Positions 20,294 through 29,053 of a stretch of 64,000 bases of DNA are shown in pieces. The stretch covers positions 535,594-599,593 of the forward strand of contig CAVVRO010000008.1 of assembly GCA_963750645.1 (NCBI GenBank). Direction: 5' to 3'. The notes below the pieces were generated by a model, which was given only the letters and a program-made list of their open reading frames with translations, searched no databases and had not been told where the DNA came from. Origin of the DNA: an uncultured Microthrixaceae bacterium. Its GTDB lineage: Bacteria > Actinomycetota > Acidimicrobiia > Acidimicrobiales > VFJN01. Both the position numbers and the translations under genes were made by a program. Within the stretch, counting starts at the first letter, position 1. Every line of letters starts with the position of its first letter.

Positions 20294-20764
20294 ATGCCCA
20301 CCACCGCCGCGACCACCGACCACTACACGCAACCGGGATGGTTCACCCGGCACGTGTTCAACGGCTTCGTCGGCTGGCTCACCCGCCGAGGGCTGAGCGT
20401 GTGGGGCAGCCGTGTGCTCGAGGTGCCCGGCCGCACCACGGGCGAGCTGCGCCGGGTGCCCGTCAACCTCCTCACCCACGACGGCCAGCAGTACCTCGTC
20501 TCCCCCCGGGGGCACGGCCAGTGGGTGCGCAACGTGCGCGCCAACGACGGCCGGCTCGACCTGCTGCTCGGCCGCCGTCGCACGCACCACCTGGCGCACG
20601 AGCTGCCCGACGCCGAGAAGGTCGAGGTGCTCCGCGCCTACCTCGCTCGCTGGAAGTTCGAGGTCGGCCAGTTCTTCGACGGCGTCGACGCCTCGTCCTC
20701 CGACGAGACGCTCCTCGGGATCGCCCCCGACCACCCCGTGTTCCGCCTCGATGCTGCCGGTTGA
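20294..20764 (+). CDS. deazaflavin(F420)-dependent nitroreductase-family protein (PNPOx-like)
   Basis: Motifs GRTTGELRRVPVNLLTHDGQQYLVSPRGHGQWVRNVRANDG and KVEVLRAYLARW are typical of the DDN/DUF385-like family. Confidence 0.7.
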   Translation: MPTTAATTDHYTQPGWFTRHVFNGFVGWLTRRGLSVWGSRVLEVPGRTTGELRRVPVNLLTHDGQQYLVSPRGHGQWVRNVRANDGRLDLLLGRRRTHHLAHELPDAEKVEVLRAYLARWKFEVGQFFDGVDASSSDETLLGIAPDHPVFRLDAAG

Positions 20765-21305
20765 GCCGACCGAGCGGCCGAGCGGCTCGATCCGCTCGGC
20801 CCGGACCCAGGACCTCGTTGACGCCGCCTTCACGATCCTCGACCAGGAGGGCCGCGACGCCCTCACGATGCGCCGCCTCGCCGAGGACCTCGGCATGCGA
20901 GCGCCATCGCTCTACAAGCACGTGAAGGACAAGGCCACGCTGGAGACCGCCCTCATCGAGGACGTGCTCTTCGACATGGGCGACGTCCTGCACGAAGCGC
21001 TGGCCGAGCCCGGCGACCAGGGCGCCGTGGCCAGCATCCTGCACGCCTACCGCGAACGCTCGCTGGAGCACCCCAACCGCTACCGGCTCGCCACGGGCGG
21101 CCAGCTCCGGCGCGACCTCCTGCCCGAGTGCCTCGAGGAGTGGGCGGGCCAGCCGTTCTTCTTCGCCGCCGGCGACCCGTACCGCTCCCAGGCGCTGTGG
21201 AGCTTCGCCCACGGGATGGTGATCCTCGAGATCGATGGTCGCTACCCCGAGGGCAGCGACCTCGATCGCACGTGGGCGGCCGGGGCCGCCGCGTTCAGCC
21301 GATGA
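20751..21305 (+). CDS. TetR/AcrR-family transcriptional regulator
   Basis: HTH segment LVDAAFTILDQEGRDALTMRRLAEDLGMRAPSLYKHVKDK. ATG 20751 overlaps the end of the upstream gene by 14 nt. Confidence 0.85.
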   Translation: MLPVEPTERPSGSIRSARTQDLVDAAFTILDQEGRDALTMRRLAEDLGMRAPSLYKHVKDKATLETALIEDVLFDMGDVLHEALAEPGDQGAVASILHAYRERSLEHPNRYRLATGGQLRRDLLPECLEEWAGQPFFFAAGDPYRSQALWSFAHGMVILEIDGRYPEGSDLDRTWAAGAAAFSR

Positions 21306-22486
21306 CTGGTTCGATTGGTTCGACGCCGACCCCGGTGATCGTCGTCTCCTGCTACACGATGGCGCTCGGCGTGATCCGCAGCCTCGGCGAACGCGCGGTC
21401 CCCATCGTGGCGGTCCAGTTCGACAAGCGCGACTTCGCCCAGCGGTCCCGCTACGTCGCCGAGGTGCACCGGGTTCCGCGTCCCGATGCGCAAGAGGGCG
21501 AGTTCATCGCCCGACTCGAGGCGATCGGGGCTCGTCATCCCGGCGCGCTCCTGGTGCCCACCCACGATGCCGCGGTCGTGGCCATCGCTCGGCACCACGA
21601 GCGGCTCGGCCAGACGATGGTGGTGGCCTGTCCCGAGTGGCCGATCGCCCGTTTGTGCATCGACAAGCGCGAGACCTACCAGCTCGCCGCGTCGGTCGGA
21701 GTGCCGACCCCGAAGACCCTCACTCCCCGCAGCGCCGAGGAGGTCGACCGCGCGATCGACGAGATCGGCCTCCCCGCTCTGGTCAAGCCCTCCCACAGCC
21801 ACCTGTTCGTCGCAGCGTTCGGGAAGAAGATGATCGAGGCGACGACAGCGTCGGAGGTGCGGGCGGGCTTCGATCTGGCCGACGGGGCCGGTCTCGAGGT
21901 GATGATGCAGGAGATCATCCCCGGGCCCGACTCCGCAGGTGTCAACTACAACTCCTACAGAGCCGACGGCGAGGTGGTGGCCGAGTTCACGGCGCGGAAG
22001 GTCCGCAACTCACCGACCCGATGGGGTTCGCCCCGGGTGACCGTCAGCGAGCGGGTCGAGGAGGTGATGGAACCTGGTCGCAGACTCCTCGCTGCCCTCG
22101 GCTACGAGGGCTTCTCGTGCACCGAGTGGAAGCGCGACGAGCGGGACGGCCTCTACAAGCTGATCGAGGTGAACGGACGCCACAACCTCTCGTCCATGCT
22201 GGCCCTGCGCACCGGGGTCGACTTCCCCTGGATCGAGTACAACCACAGGCTGCACGGCGTGCTCCCCGAGCGGACCGACGCCTTCGAGGAGGGAAGATAC
22301 TGGATCGACTTCCCTCGTGATCTCGGCACGACCCTCAAGGAGTGGAGGGCGGAGGGGTACGGCGTGGCCGAGTACGCGCGGCCGTATCTGCGACGTCGCT
22401 GCTATGCCCATTGGTCGTGGAAGGACCCGGCGCCCATGTTCGCCCGCCTCTCGGACGCGATCCGCCACGGCCGCCGTGGGGAGTGA
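21302..22486 (+). CDS. ATP-grasp carboxylate-amine ligase family protein
   Basis: ATG 21302 overlaps the TetR stop (ATGA). Motifs LPALVKPSHSH, MMQEIIPG, SCTEWKRDERDGLYKLIEVNGR and a pre-ATP-grasp N-terminal domain are present. Confidence 0.75.
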   Translation: MTGSIGSTPTPVIVVSCYTMALGVIRSLGERAVPIVAVQFDKRDFAQRSRYVAEVHRVPRPDAQEGEFIARLEAIGARHPGALLVPTHDAAVVAIARHHERLGQTMVVACPEWPIARLCIDKRETYQLAASVGVPTPKTLTPRSAEEVDRAIDEIGLPALVKPSHSHLFVAAFGKKMIEATTASEVRAGFDLADGAGLEVMMQEIIPGPDSAGVNYNSYRADGEVVAEFTARKVRNSPTRWGSPRVTVSERVEEVMEPGRRLLAALGYEGFSCTEWKRDERDGLYKLIEVNGRHNLSSMLALRTGVDFPWIEYNHRLHGVLPERTDAFEEGRYWIDFPRDLGTTLKEWRAEGYGVAEYARPYLRRRCYAHWSWKDPAPMFARLSDAIRHGRRGE

Positions 22487-22495
22487 GCCGCCTCG

Positions 22496-23629
22496 TCATC
22501 GCGCCCGCAGTCGCTTGACCGTCTGCTTCACGACCTTCAGCCCCTTGATCCTGGGGAAGACCGTGGTGTAGCCGAAGCGGATCAACGGGTTCGGGACGAA
22601 CGCCAGCGACTCCGGGAGGAGCACGACGTCGCCCCCGAAGCCGAGCTTGAAGCGCGTGACGTGCGTCGGCTCGGGCCCGTCGGTCCCGGTGGCGAGCGCG
22701 CTCGCCACCTCGGGTTCGATCCCGTCGAAGTCATAGCGCCGCAGCCCGGCGGCCTTCGCCCATTGCATGGTCGACCAGTGCAGCACCTCGTTGGGCCGAC
22801 ACTCGCCGTGCGTCCCGCTCCACCCACCGCGCTTGTAGACGATGCGATCTCCGAAGACGATGCCGAGCATGGCGGAGACCGGCGCTCCTTCGGCTTCGGC
22901 GATCATGATCACGCACTGACCCAACGGATCCAGCTCGTCGAACACGGCCGTGAGGTAGTCCTCGTCGGCGGCCACGAACCCCTGCCGACGGGCCGTGGCC
23001 TCGAAGAGCTCGCCCACCACCGGCAGATCGTCGCGACCACCGCGCCGCACGACGGTCCCCGCTCGTTCGCCCTTGCGGATGTTGCGGCGCGTCGATGAGC
23101 GCATGTCCGCGAGGATCTCCGACTCGTCCCTGGTGAGGTCGACGACGAGCGTCGCGGCGAGCGCCGTCTTCACCTGGCTCGAGATGAAGCCCCGCATCCG
23201 CAACCGGGCCACGACCTCGTCGGAGCCTTCGGGAGGATCGACGACGAGGTTGCGGACGCGAGATCTCCGGCACAGCGCCACCACCCCGTCGACCACGTCG
23301 TCGATGGCGGTGGCCACCCCGACCACGGGCCCCCCATCGAGGTACCCCACCCGACCGAGCAGCGGCAGCCGTCGGGTCACGACCTGGGCACCGGCGACGA
23401 TGGCGCCGTCCTTCCAGACCTCCACACGCTCTGCCCGCCAGTCGGTGGTCGCCTTGACGCGCGCCCATGCCGCGGTCTGCGCATGCCGACCGCCCGACTC
23501 CGCCACGAACGCATCCCACGCACCATCGCTGTCAGCTCCGAGGGGCGCGAACCGGCGGACCGCCGTCGATCTTCCGTCACGAGTCGCCTCCGCGAGGGGA
23601 CGTGCCGTCATCCCGCCATCGATTCGCAC
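22496..23629 (-). CDS. FemAB-like / GNAT-fold aminoacyltransferase family protein
   Basis: The 377-aa architecture resembles FemX/peptidoglycan-bridge or BioF2-like acetyltransferases (HAQTAAWARVK, RSSTRRNIRKGERAG, IVYKRGGW, VTRFKLGFGG). Confidence 0.6.
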   Translation of the reverse strand: MRIDGGMTARPLAEATRDGRSTAVRRFAPLGADSDGAWDAFVAESGGRHAQTAAWARVKATTDWRAERVEVWKDGAIVAGAQVVTRRLPLLGRVGYLDGGPVVGVATAIDDVVDGVVALCRRSRVRNLVVDPPEGSDEVVARLRMRGFISSQVKTALAATLVVDLTRDESEILADMRSSTRRNIRKGERAGTVVRRGGRDDLPVVGELFEATARRQGFVAADEDYLTAVFDELDPLGQCVIMIAEAEGAPVSAMLGIVFGDRIVYKRGGWSGTHGECRPNEVLHWSTMQWAKAAGLRRYDFDGIEPEVASALATGTDGPEPTHVTRFKLGFGGDVVLLPESLAFVPNPLIRFGYTTVFPRIKGLKVVKQTVKRLRAR

Positions 23630-23794
23630 GTACCGAGGTGCCTGTCTGCGCTCCGCCGCCGCACTGTCGCCCTCACCCGCCTGACCGGGGTCTCACCCGG
23701 ATCGCCGCCCTGCTGAAAGGTCCCTGCGTCAGGTGAGGATAGCCCGCGGCCGGGCTCGCCTCCTGGTGAGCGAGGCCCACACGTTTCGACGCGG

Positions 23795-24067
23795 CTATCG
23801 GTCCCACCAGTCCAAGATGACGGCGGTGCAGAGCGACGCGACCGCGAAGGCGAAGGCGAACGCCACCACGTCGCCTGCATGCACCCCGTGGCGACCACTG
23901 ATCTCGAAGAGGATGGGCCCGACCTTCGTCAGCCGCGCCACCACCAGCCCCGCCGCCAGGGCGCCGCCCCAGATGACGGTGAGCACAGCCGCGCGTAGCC
24001 ACCCGTGCGCTCCAGTCGAACTCGCCAACGAACCAACCCTCCTGCTGCTCGCGGACGAGTCCAGCAC
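23795..24067 (-). CDS. small hypothetical membrane protein
   Basis: 90-codon ORF with two hydrophobic helices (VLTVIWGGALAAGLVVA and VVAFAFAFAVASLCTAVIL). It lies 42 nt downstream of the kinase gene on the same strand. The start is uncertain. Confidence 0.35.
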   Translation of the reverse strand: MLDSSASSRRVGSLASSTGAHGWLRAAVLTVIWGGALAAGLVVARLTKVGPILFEISGRHGVHAGDVVAFAFAFAVASLCTAVILDWWDR

Positions 24068-24109
24068 AGAACCCCTGACGTTTGAGATCGGGGCGGCGGC
24101 ATCGGCTCG

Positions 24110-25531
24110 TCAGGCGGCGGCGGACCCGACGCGCTGGCGGAGCTCAGAGAGCAGACTGGGATCGGCCTTCATGGCGGTGCGGGTGGCACCGCTCAGCATG
24201 GGGAGCTGCAGCCGGTCGAGCGCCGTCGCGAGGGTGTCGGGCCCCACTGCGGCGAGCCCCGCCGCCACCGCACGCTCGGGTCCCACCTGGGTGGTGGACG
24301 ACGCGAGCAGCTCGGCCAGGTCCGTCGCCAACAGCTGGTCCGACGCCGCCAGCTCGCTGAAGCCGAAGTCGATGATCCAGGCCGCCCCGTCGTCGGCCAG
24401 GAAGACGTTGGCCAGACGCAGGTCGCGGTGGGCGATGCGATGGCTGCGCATCAGCGCGAACTCCTCCCACACGCCCGCCAGCACCTCGTCGGTCATCTCC
24501 TCGGGCGAGAGACGGTCGAGGGAGCGACCGGCGATGGCCTCGTAGGCCAGCACGTAGCCATTCGGCTTGGCCGTCGCGAACGCGACGAGCCGGGGTGTGC
24601 GGACGCCGATGTCGCGGGCCGCGAGCGCGACGAGCGCCTCGTGCTCGACAGCTCGACGAAGCGTGGAGAATGCCTTCTCGTCCCCCAGATCGCGCGGCTG
24701 CAGCCGCCGGTACGCCCGGAAGAGCAGGTCGGCGCTGCGCTCGTCGTCGCCGAGCGCCTTCACGAAGAGGGCCGACCCGTCACGACCGGTGGCGAAGTAC
24801 GGGGTCGACCCGCGCGCGTCGAGGCTGGCCTGTTCCAGACGGGCGAGCGGGACCCCGACGGCTGCCAGGCCCTCAGCGATCGACGCGCCGGTCGGGCGGC
24901 GGGACGGTGCACCCAGCAGCACGATCACCGCCGCGCCGGCGATCCAACCGGCCAAGACCGCCACCAGCGTGTCGAACTCGACCGGCGCCCCCAGCAATCG
25001 GGTGAGCGCCATGATGATCACGAGGGTCCATCCGGCACGGCGCCAGCGCCGCGAGACCCACGGCGCAGCCGCGGTGACGATGGCGGCCACCATCGCCAGA
25101 CCCACCGTGGACACGACCTCGTCGGGATCGACCAGGGTGTACGACTCGTCGACCTCGGCCGCCTGGGGGGCGACGTGATCCACGAGGGGCAGGATCAGCA
25201 GCGTCATCGCCACCGCGGCGGCGGCGGCCGCAGCGGTGACCACGAGCAGGAACCAGCGGCGACGGATGATCGCCAGGGCCGCCCCGCCGACGATGACCAC
25301 GACACCCAGGATCTGTCCGAGCACGACCACGCCGGTGACCAACCAGGTCGGCAGCGCCTCGAGGCCGCGGAGCAGGTCCGAGACGAACCCGACGATGGCA
25401 TCATCGAAGAACGCTCCGATGACCACCACGATCAGGAGCGCCGTCACCGAGACCGCGAGTCGCAGGACGTCGGTTGGGGCCTTGGCCGTCCGCCCAGGCT
25501 CGGACGCGATGATCTCCGTGGGTTCTGCCAT
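24110..25531 (-). CDS. polytopic membrane protein with a C-terminal RIO/Kdo-kinase-like protein-kinase-fold domain
   Basis: The start was set at ATG 25531 (MAEPTEIIASEPG). About 6 hydrophobic helices are followed by LFVKALG, the catalytic-loop motif HRIAHRDLRLANVFL and IIDFGFSE. Confidence 0.75.
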   Translation of the reverse strand: MAEPTEIIASEPGRTAKAPTDVLRLAVSVTALLIVVVIGAFFDDAIVGFVSDLLRGLEALPTWLVTGVVVLGQILGVVVIVGGAALAIIRRRWFLLVVTAAAAAAAVAMTLLILPLVDHVAPQAAEVDESYTLVDPDEVVSTVGLAMVAAIVTAAAPWVSRRWRRAGWTLVIIMALTRLLGAPVEFDTLVAVLAGWIAGAAVIVLLGAPSRRPTGASIAEGLAAVGVPLARLEQASLDARGSTPYFATGRDGSALFVKALGDDERSADLLFRAYRRLQPRDLGDEKAFSTLRRAVEHEALVALAARDIGVRTPRLVAFATAKPNGYVLAYEAIAGRSLDRLSPEEMTDEVLAGVWEEFALMRSHRIAHRDLRLANVFLADDGAAWIIDFGFSELAASDQLLATDLAELLASSTTQVGPERAVAAGLAAVGPDTLATALDRLQLPMLSGATRTAMKADPSLLSELRQRVGSAAA

Positions 25532-25581
25532 CCCGACATCGTTGCCGCTGCGGCATTGCACGGCGCGGCAAGCGGGCTCGG

Positions 25582-26181
25582 TCAGCGCAGGAGCAGGTCG
25601 AGCAGGCTGCCGACGAGGAGACCGGCGCCCAGGCCCGCCGTCACGTCGAGCGGGTTGTGCGCGCCCACGTACACGCGACCGACCATCACCAGCACCACCA
25701 GCAGGAAGGGGAGCCACGACCACGCGAGCGGGATGTCGTTGGCGACCACGCCGGCGACCGCCGCCACGAGGATGACGTGACCCGACGGGAAGCTGGGGCC
25801 CGCCGTCGGCACGTCGGCGCCCCGCAGCATCGCCCCCGGCTCGCTCGTGCCAGGCCGCTGGCGGACGCTGAGGTGCCCCGCCATGCGGCGCCGGAGGACA
25901 CGCTCGCTGACCAGCTTGAGCAGCATCGCGAGCACGACCGCGACCGCCAGCCGCCAGTCCTCCCGCACGAACGCCACCACGAGGCCGGCGCCCGTCCCCA
26001 CCGCGAGGTTCCCCAGCTGCATGGGCACCCACAGCGGCCAGTAGAGCCATCCAGGGAGGCCGTTGACGGCTCGAAAGGCCCGCTGCTCGAGCGGATGGAT
26101 CCGGGGCAGGCTGGCACCGGCGAAGGATCCGCCCAGCACCACCGCTCCCAGCGCCGCGACGCCGAGGACGGCCCAGTCCAT
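25582..26181 (-). CDS. PAP2-family phosphatase (lipid phosphate phosphatase type)
   Basis: PAP2 motifs KLVSERVLRRR, FPSGH and GRVYVGAHNPLDV are present in a multi-TM protein. Confidence 0.8.
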   Translation of the reverse strand: MDWAVLGVAALGAVVLGGSFAGASLPRIHPLEQRAFRAVNGLPGWLYWPLWVPMQLGNLAVGTGAGLVVAFVREDWRLAVAVVLAMLLKLVSERVLRRRMAGHLSVRQRPGTSEPGAMLRGADVPTAGPSFPSGHVILVAAVAGVVANDIPLAWSWLPFLLVVLVMVGRVYVGAHNPLDVTAGLGAGLLVGSLLDLLLR

Positions 26182-26209
26182 CAGCGCCGCCTACGAGGTT
26201 CCCTGGGGA

Positions 26210-26548
26210 TCAGTCCTCGTCCTCGTCGTCGCGGACGTACACGGTCGAGCTGACCTCGATCTCGTCGTCGTCGATCACACCATCGCCGTCCACGTCGACA
26301 CCGACGGCCTCGACCACCTCGACCACGTCGGGCACGCCGTCCCCATCGAGGTCCACGGCCGTGGCCGTCCTGACCACGACGGCATCGGCCACGCCGTCGC
26401 CATCGACATCGATCGCGGTGGCGGTGCTGACCTCCACCGCGTCGATCACACCGTCGCCGTCGACGTCGATCTCGGTCACGGAGGTCACCTCCACGGCCTC
26501 TGCCTCACCCTCGTCGCCCTGCGTCTGGTCCTCACCTGCGTCGGTCAT
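26210..26548 (-). CDS. acidic repeat protein with four DxDGDGxxD (calcium-binding-like) repeats
   Basis: ATG 26548 is preceded by RBS gaggaa. The 112-aa product contains IDVDGDGVIDAVEV, IDVDGDGVADAVVV, VDLDGDGVPDVVEV and VDVDGDGVIDDDEI at a 19-residue period, and ends RDDEDED. Confidence 0.7.
   Translation of the reverse strand: MTDAGEDQTQGDEGEAEAVEVTSVTEIDVDGDGVIDAVEVSTATAIDVDGDGVADAVVVRTATAVDLDGDGVPDVVEVVEAVGVDVDGDGVIDDDEIEVSSTVYVRDDEDED
26243..26470 (-). repeat. four imperfect tandem 57-nt coding repeats
   Basis: The 19-codon periodicity of the DxDGDG units is visible in both DNA and protein. Confidence 0.8.
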
Positions 26549-26719
26549 CGGTTCCTCGCTTGCGCCTGAGCGGTCGGCGGATCCGCCGACGCTGCCCGCA
26601 CCGTAGACGACGGTCGCCAAGCAGGGATCACCGCGCTGGAACGGGCGCCGCCGTACGCTCACGACGCCGATCGATGGGCGCCGTCACGCCCCCATCGCGT
26701 CAACACCTGAGGGAGAACC

Positions 26720-27121
26720 ATGAGCCAACGAGCACCGAGCGCCGCCGCGGTGGGCTGGGCACTGTTCGCCGCGATCATGATCATGATCGCCGGCATGTTC
26801 CAGATCATCGCCGGGATCGTCGCCCTCTTCAAAGACGAGTTCTACGTCCTCACGGAGAAGTGGGTCTTCGAGCTGGATGTCACCACCTGGGGTTGGATCC
26901 ACCTGCTCGTGGGGATCCTGATGCTGTTCATCGGTGCCGGGATCCTCACCGGGAACGTCGCCGCCCGCACCGTCGGCGTCATCATCGCGGGCCTCAGCGC
27001 GATCGCGAACTTCGCCTTCCTGCCCTACTACCCGGTGTGGGCCATCGCCGTCATCGCGATCGACGTCGCCATCATCTGGGCCTTGACCGTGCACGGCCGC
27101 GATGTGGAGCTGGTGTCCTGA
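26720..27121 (+). CDS. conserved integral membrane protein (4 TM, DUF7144-like)
   Basis: RBS gagggaga precedes the start. Segments GWALFAAIMIMIAGMFQIIAGIVALF, TTWGWIHLLVGILMLFIGAGIL and FLPYYPVWAIAVIAIDVAIIWAL are present. Confidence 0.75.
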   Translation: MSQRAPSAAAVGWALFAAIMIMIAGMFQIIAGIVALFKDEFYVLTEKWVFELDVTTWGWIHLLVGILMLFIGAGILTGNVAARTVGVIIAGLSAIANFAFLPYYPVWAIAVIAIDVAIIWALTVHGRDVELVS

Positions 27122-27265
27122 TCGCTCGCTGAGCGAGCAGGGAGGAAGGCCGCCGGCGACGCGCCCGGGTCCCGAAGGGGGCGGGGCGAGGGTGCCCGAT
27201 GAGGGCCAGTGCCGATCGCACGGCTGTGGTACAAGGTTCTCGTGGCCACGCTCGCTGACGAGCCC

Positions 27266-27670
27266 ATGCCCACGCCGCCGACGGACGCGCCGTCGACCTC
27301 TGTAGGCCGCAGGTTCCTCGACTGCCTCGCGGCTCAGGACTTCGATGGCCTGGCCGCGCTCTGCCGCGACGACGTCGAGCTGCGGGCCCTGTTGCCGGGC
27401 GGGCTCAGGGAGTGGGAGGGGCCGGAGAAGGTGAGGGCTGCCTTCGTCCGCTGGTTCGATGGGACCAAGGAGTACGAGCTCACAGAGACCTCGGTCGGGG
27501 AGGTTGGTCCGCGTCTGCAGCTGCGCTGGCGCGCTCGCCTGCAGGCGAGCTGGCTCGACCCGGGATGGTTCGTGGTCGAGCAGACCGCCTACGCCGACAC
27601 GGACGAGGAGGATCGGATCCGGCACCTCTCCGTGCTGTGCTCGGGCTATCTCCCCGAGCCCGATGGCTGA
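27266..27670 (+). CDS. NTF2/SnoaL-like fold protein
   Basis: FLDCLAAQDFDGLAALCRDDVELRALLPGG is typical of SnoaL-like small proteins. ATG 27266 was preferred over 27209. The stop overlaps the P450 start. Confidence 0.55.
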   Translation: MPTPPTDAPSTSVGRRFLDCLAAQDFDGLAALCRDDVELRALLPGGLREWEGPEKVRAAFVRWFDGTKEYELTETSVGEVGPRLQLRWRARLQASWLDPGWFVVEQTAYADTDEEDRIRHLSVLCSGYLPEPDG

Positions 27671-28910
27671 GCAGACCCCGATCTGGGGCGGATGGGACCC
27701 CTCCATCCGTGACGACCCCTTCCGTCATTTCGAGGCGATGCGCTCGGACTGCCCCGTTCAGCCGGTGCGGCTCGCGGACGGGCACGACGCGTGGGTCGTC
27801 CTGGGCCACGACGCCGCCCGCCAAGCGCTCAACGACGTGCGGATCTCGAAGGACATGGTGGCGGCCCTCGAGGGTGACCCCGATGTGGTGGCGGGAGGCC
27901 TGCCAGGACCGGAGTTCTCCCGCCACATGCTCAACGTGGACCCCCCGGACCACACGCGGCTGCGCCGACTCGTGGCACGAGCCTTTCTGCCCTCCCGCGT
28001 CGCAGCCCTCGAACCCGCGATCCAAGCCGTCGCCGACGACCTCCTCGACGACCTCGAGGCCGAGGGGCCCGAGGCGGTCGTCGACCTCGTCGAGGGCTTC
28101 GCGCATCCGCTGCCCTTCAGGGTCATCTGTGAGCTGCTCGGCGTGCCGATGGAGAGCCGCCCGCAGCTCCATGACTGGTTCCGGACGCTGCTTCGCCCCT
28201 GGCTGGACAGCCCACCGCCCGAGGCTGTCCGCGCGTCGGATGGCATCGTCGGGTACCTCGCCGAGCTCGTGGCGGCCAAGCGGCAGTCTCCTGGCGACGA
28301 TCTGGTGAGCGTGCTGGTCGACGCCAGCGCCGACGAACAGCTCACGGATCAAGAGCTGCTGTCGAGCCTGTTCCAGCTGATCGTCGCCGGGCACGACACC
28401 ACCACGGCCCACATCGGGAACTCGGTCGTGGCGCTGCTCGACCACCCCGCCCAGCTCGCGACGCTCCTCGAAGATCTCGATCAGATGCCGGCCGCTGTCG
28501 AGGAGCTCCTTCGCTACTCCGCTCCTGTCCCCCACGCGACGTTCCGCATGACCACGGAACCCCTGCCGATCGGGAGCACCGACGTCCCGGATCGACAACA
28601 GATCGTGGTGTGCCTGGCCGCCGCCAATCGCGATCCAGAGGTCTATCCCGATCCGGACACCCTCGACATCGGGCGAGCGCCCCGCCCACACCTCGCCTTC
28701 GGGCACGGCATCCACTTCTGCCTGGGGGCGCCGCTGGCTCGGCTGGAGGCGAGGATCGCCTTCTCCACGTTGCTCCGACGCTTCCCGCGGCTCCGACTGA
28801 CCGGTGAGAGAAGCGACCTCAGCTGGTCGCGTGGCGACGGTCTCGTGCTCCGAGGGCTCGACGCGCTACCGGTCATCCTCGGACCTCAGTCCCGCGATGA
28901 CGTCGACTGA
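27663..28910 (+). CDS. cytochrome P450
   Basis: Heme loop FGHGIHFCLGAPLARLE, I-helix LIVAGHDTT and ExxR (VEELLRY) are present. ATG 27663 overlaps the upstream stop. Confidence 0.9.
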   Translation: MAEQTPIWGGWDPSIRDDPFRHFEAMRSDCPVQPVRLADGHDAWVVLGHDAARQALNDVRISKDMVAALEGDPDVVAGGLPGPEFSRHMLNVDPPDHTRLRRLVARAFLPSRVAALEPAIQAVADDLLDDLEAEGPEAVVDLVEGFAHPLPFRVICELLGVPMESRPQLHDWFRTLLRPWLDSPPPEAVRASDGIVGYLAELVAAKRQSPGDDLVSVLVDASADEQLTDQELLSSLFQLIVAGHDTTTAHIGNSVVALLDHPAQLATLLEDLDQMPAAVEELLRYSAPVPHATFRMTTEPLPIGSTDVPDRQQIVVCLAAANRDPEVYPDPDTLDIGRAPRPHLAFGHGIHFCLGAPLARLEARIAFSTLLRRFPRLRLTGERSDLSWSRGDGLVLRGLDALPVILGPQSRDDVD

Positions 28911-29053
28911 CGATCCAGGAACGCGCGCAGTGGCGGGGGCTCCGCCGTCGCGGGACGCGGCCCTCAGTCAGGCCATGGACCTGGGCTCCGATCCTGACCA
29001 CGTGGTCGCGGTGCTCGGTCTTCTCGGCGAGGGCAGAGCGGCCGTTGCGCTGA

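Noticed and set aside
26243-26470. A regular short tandem periodicity that could suggest a CRISPR-like array.
   Set aside because: The units are contiguous 57-nt coding repeats with no spacers, inside a well-supported ORF, and no cas genes are nearby.
28925-28975. A possible fourth copy of the GC-hairpin repeat (ggcgggggctccgccgtcgcggga).
   Set aside because: Only a ~12-nt core (ggctccgccg) is shared and the rest does not align. The match is indistinguishable from chance in this composition.
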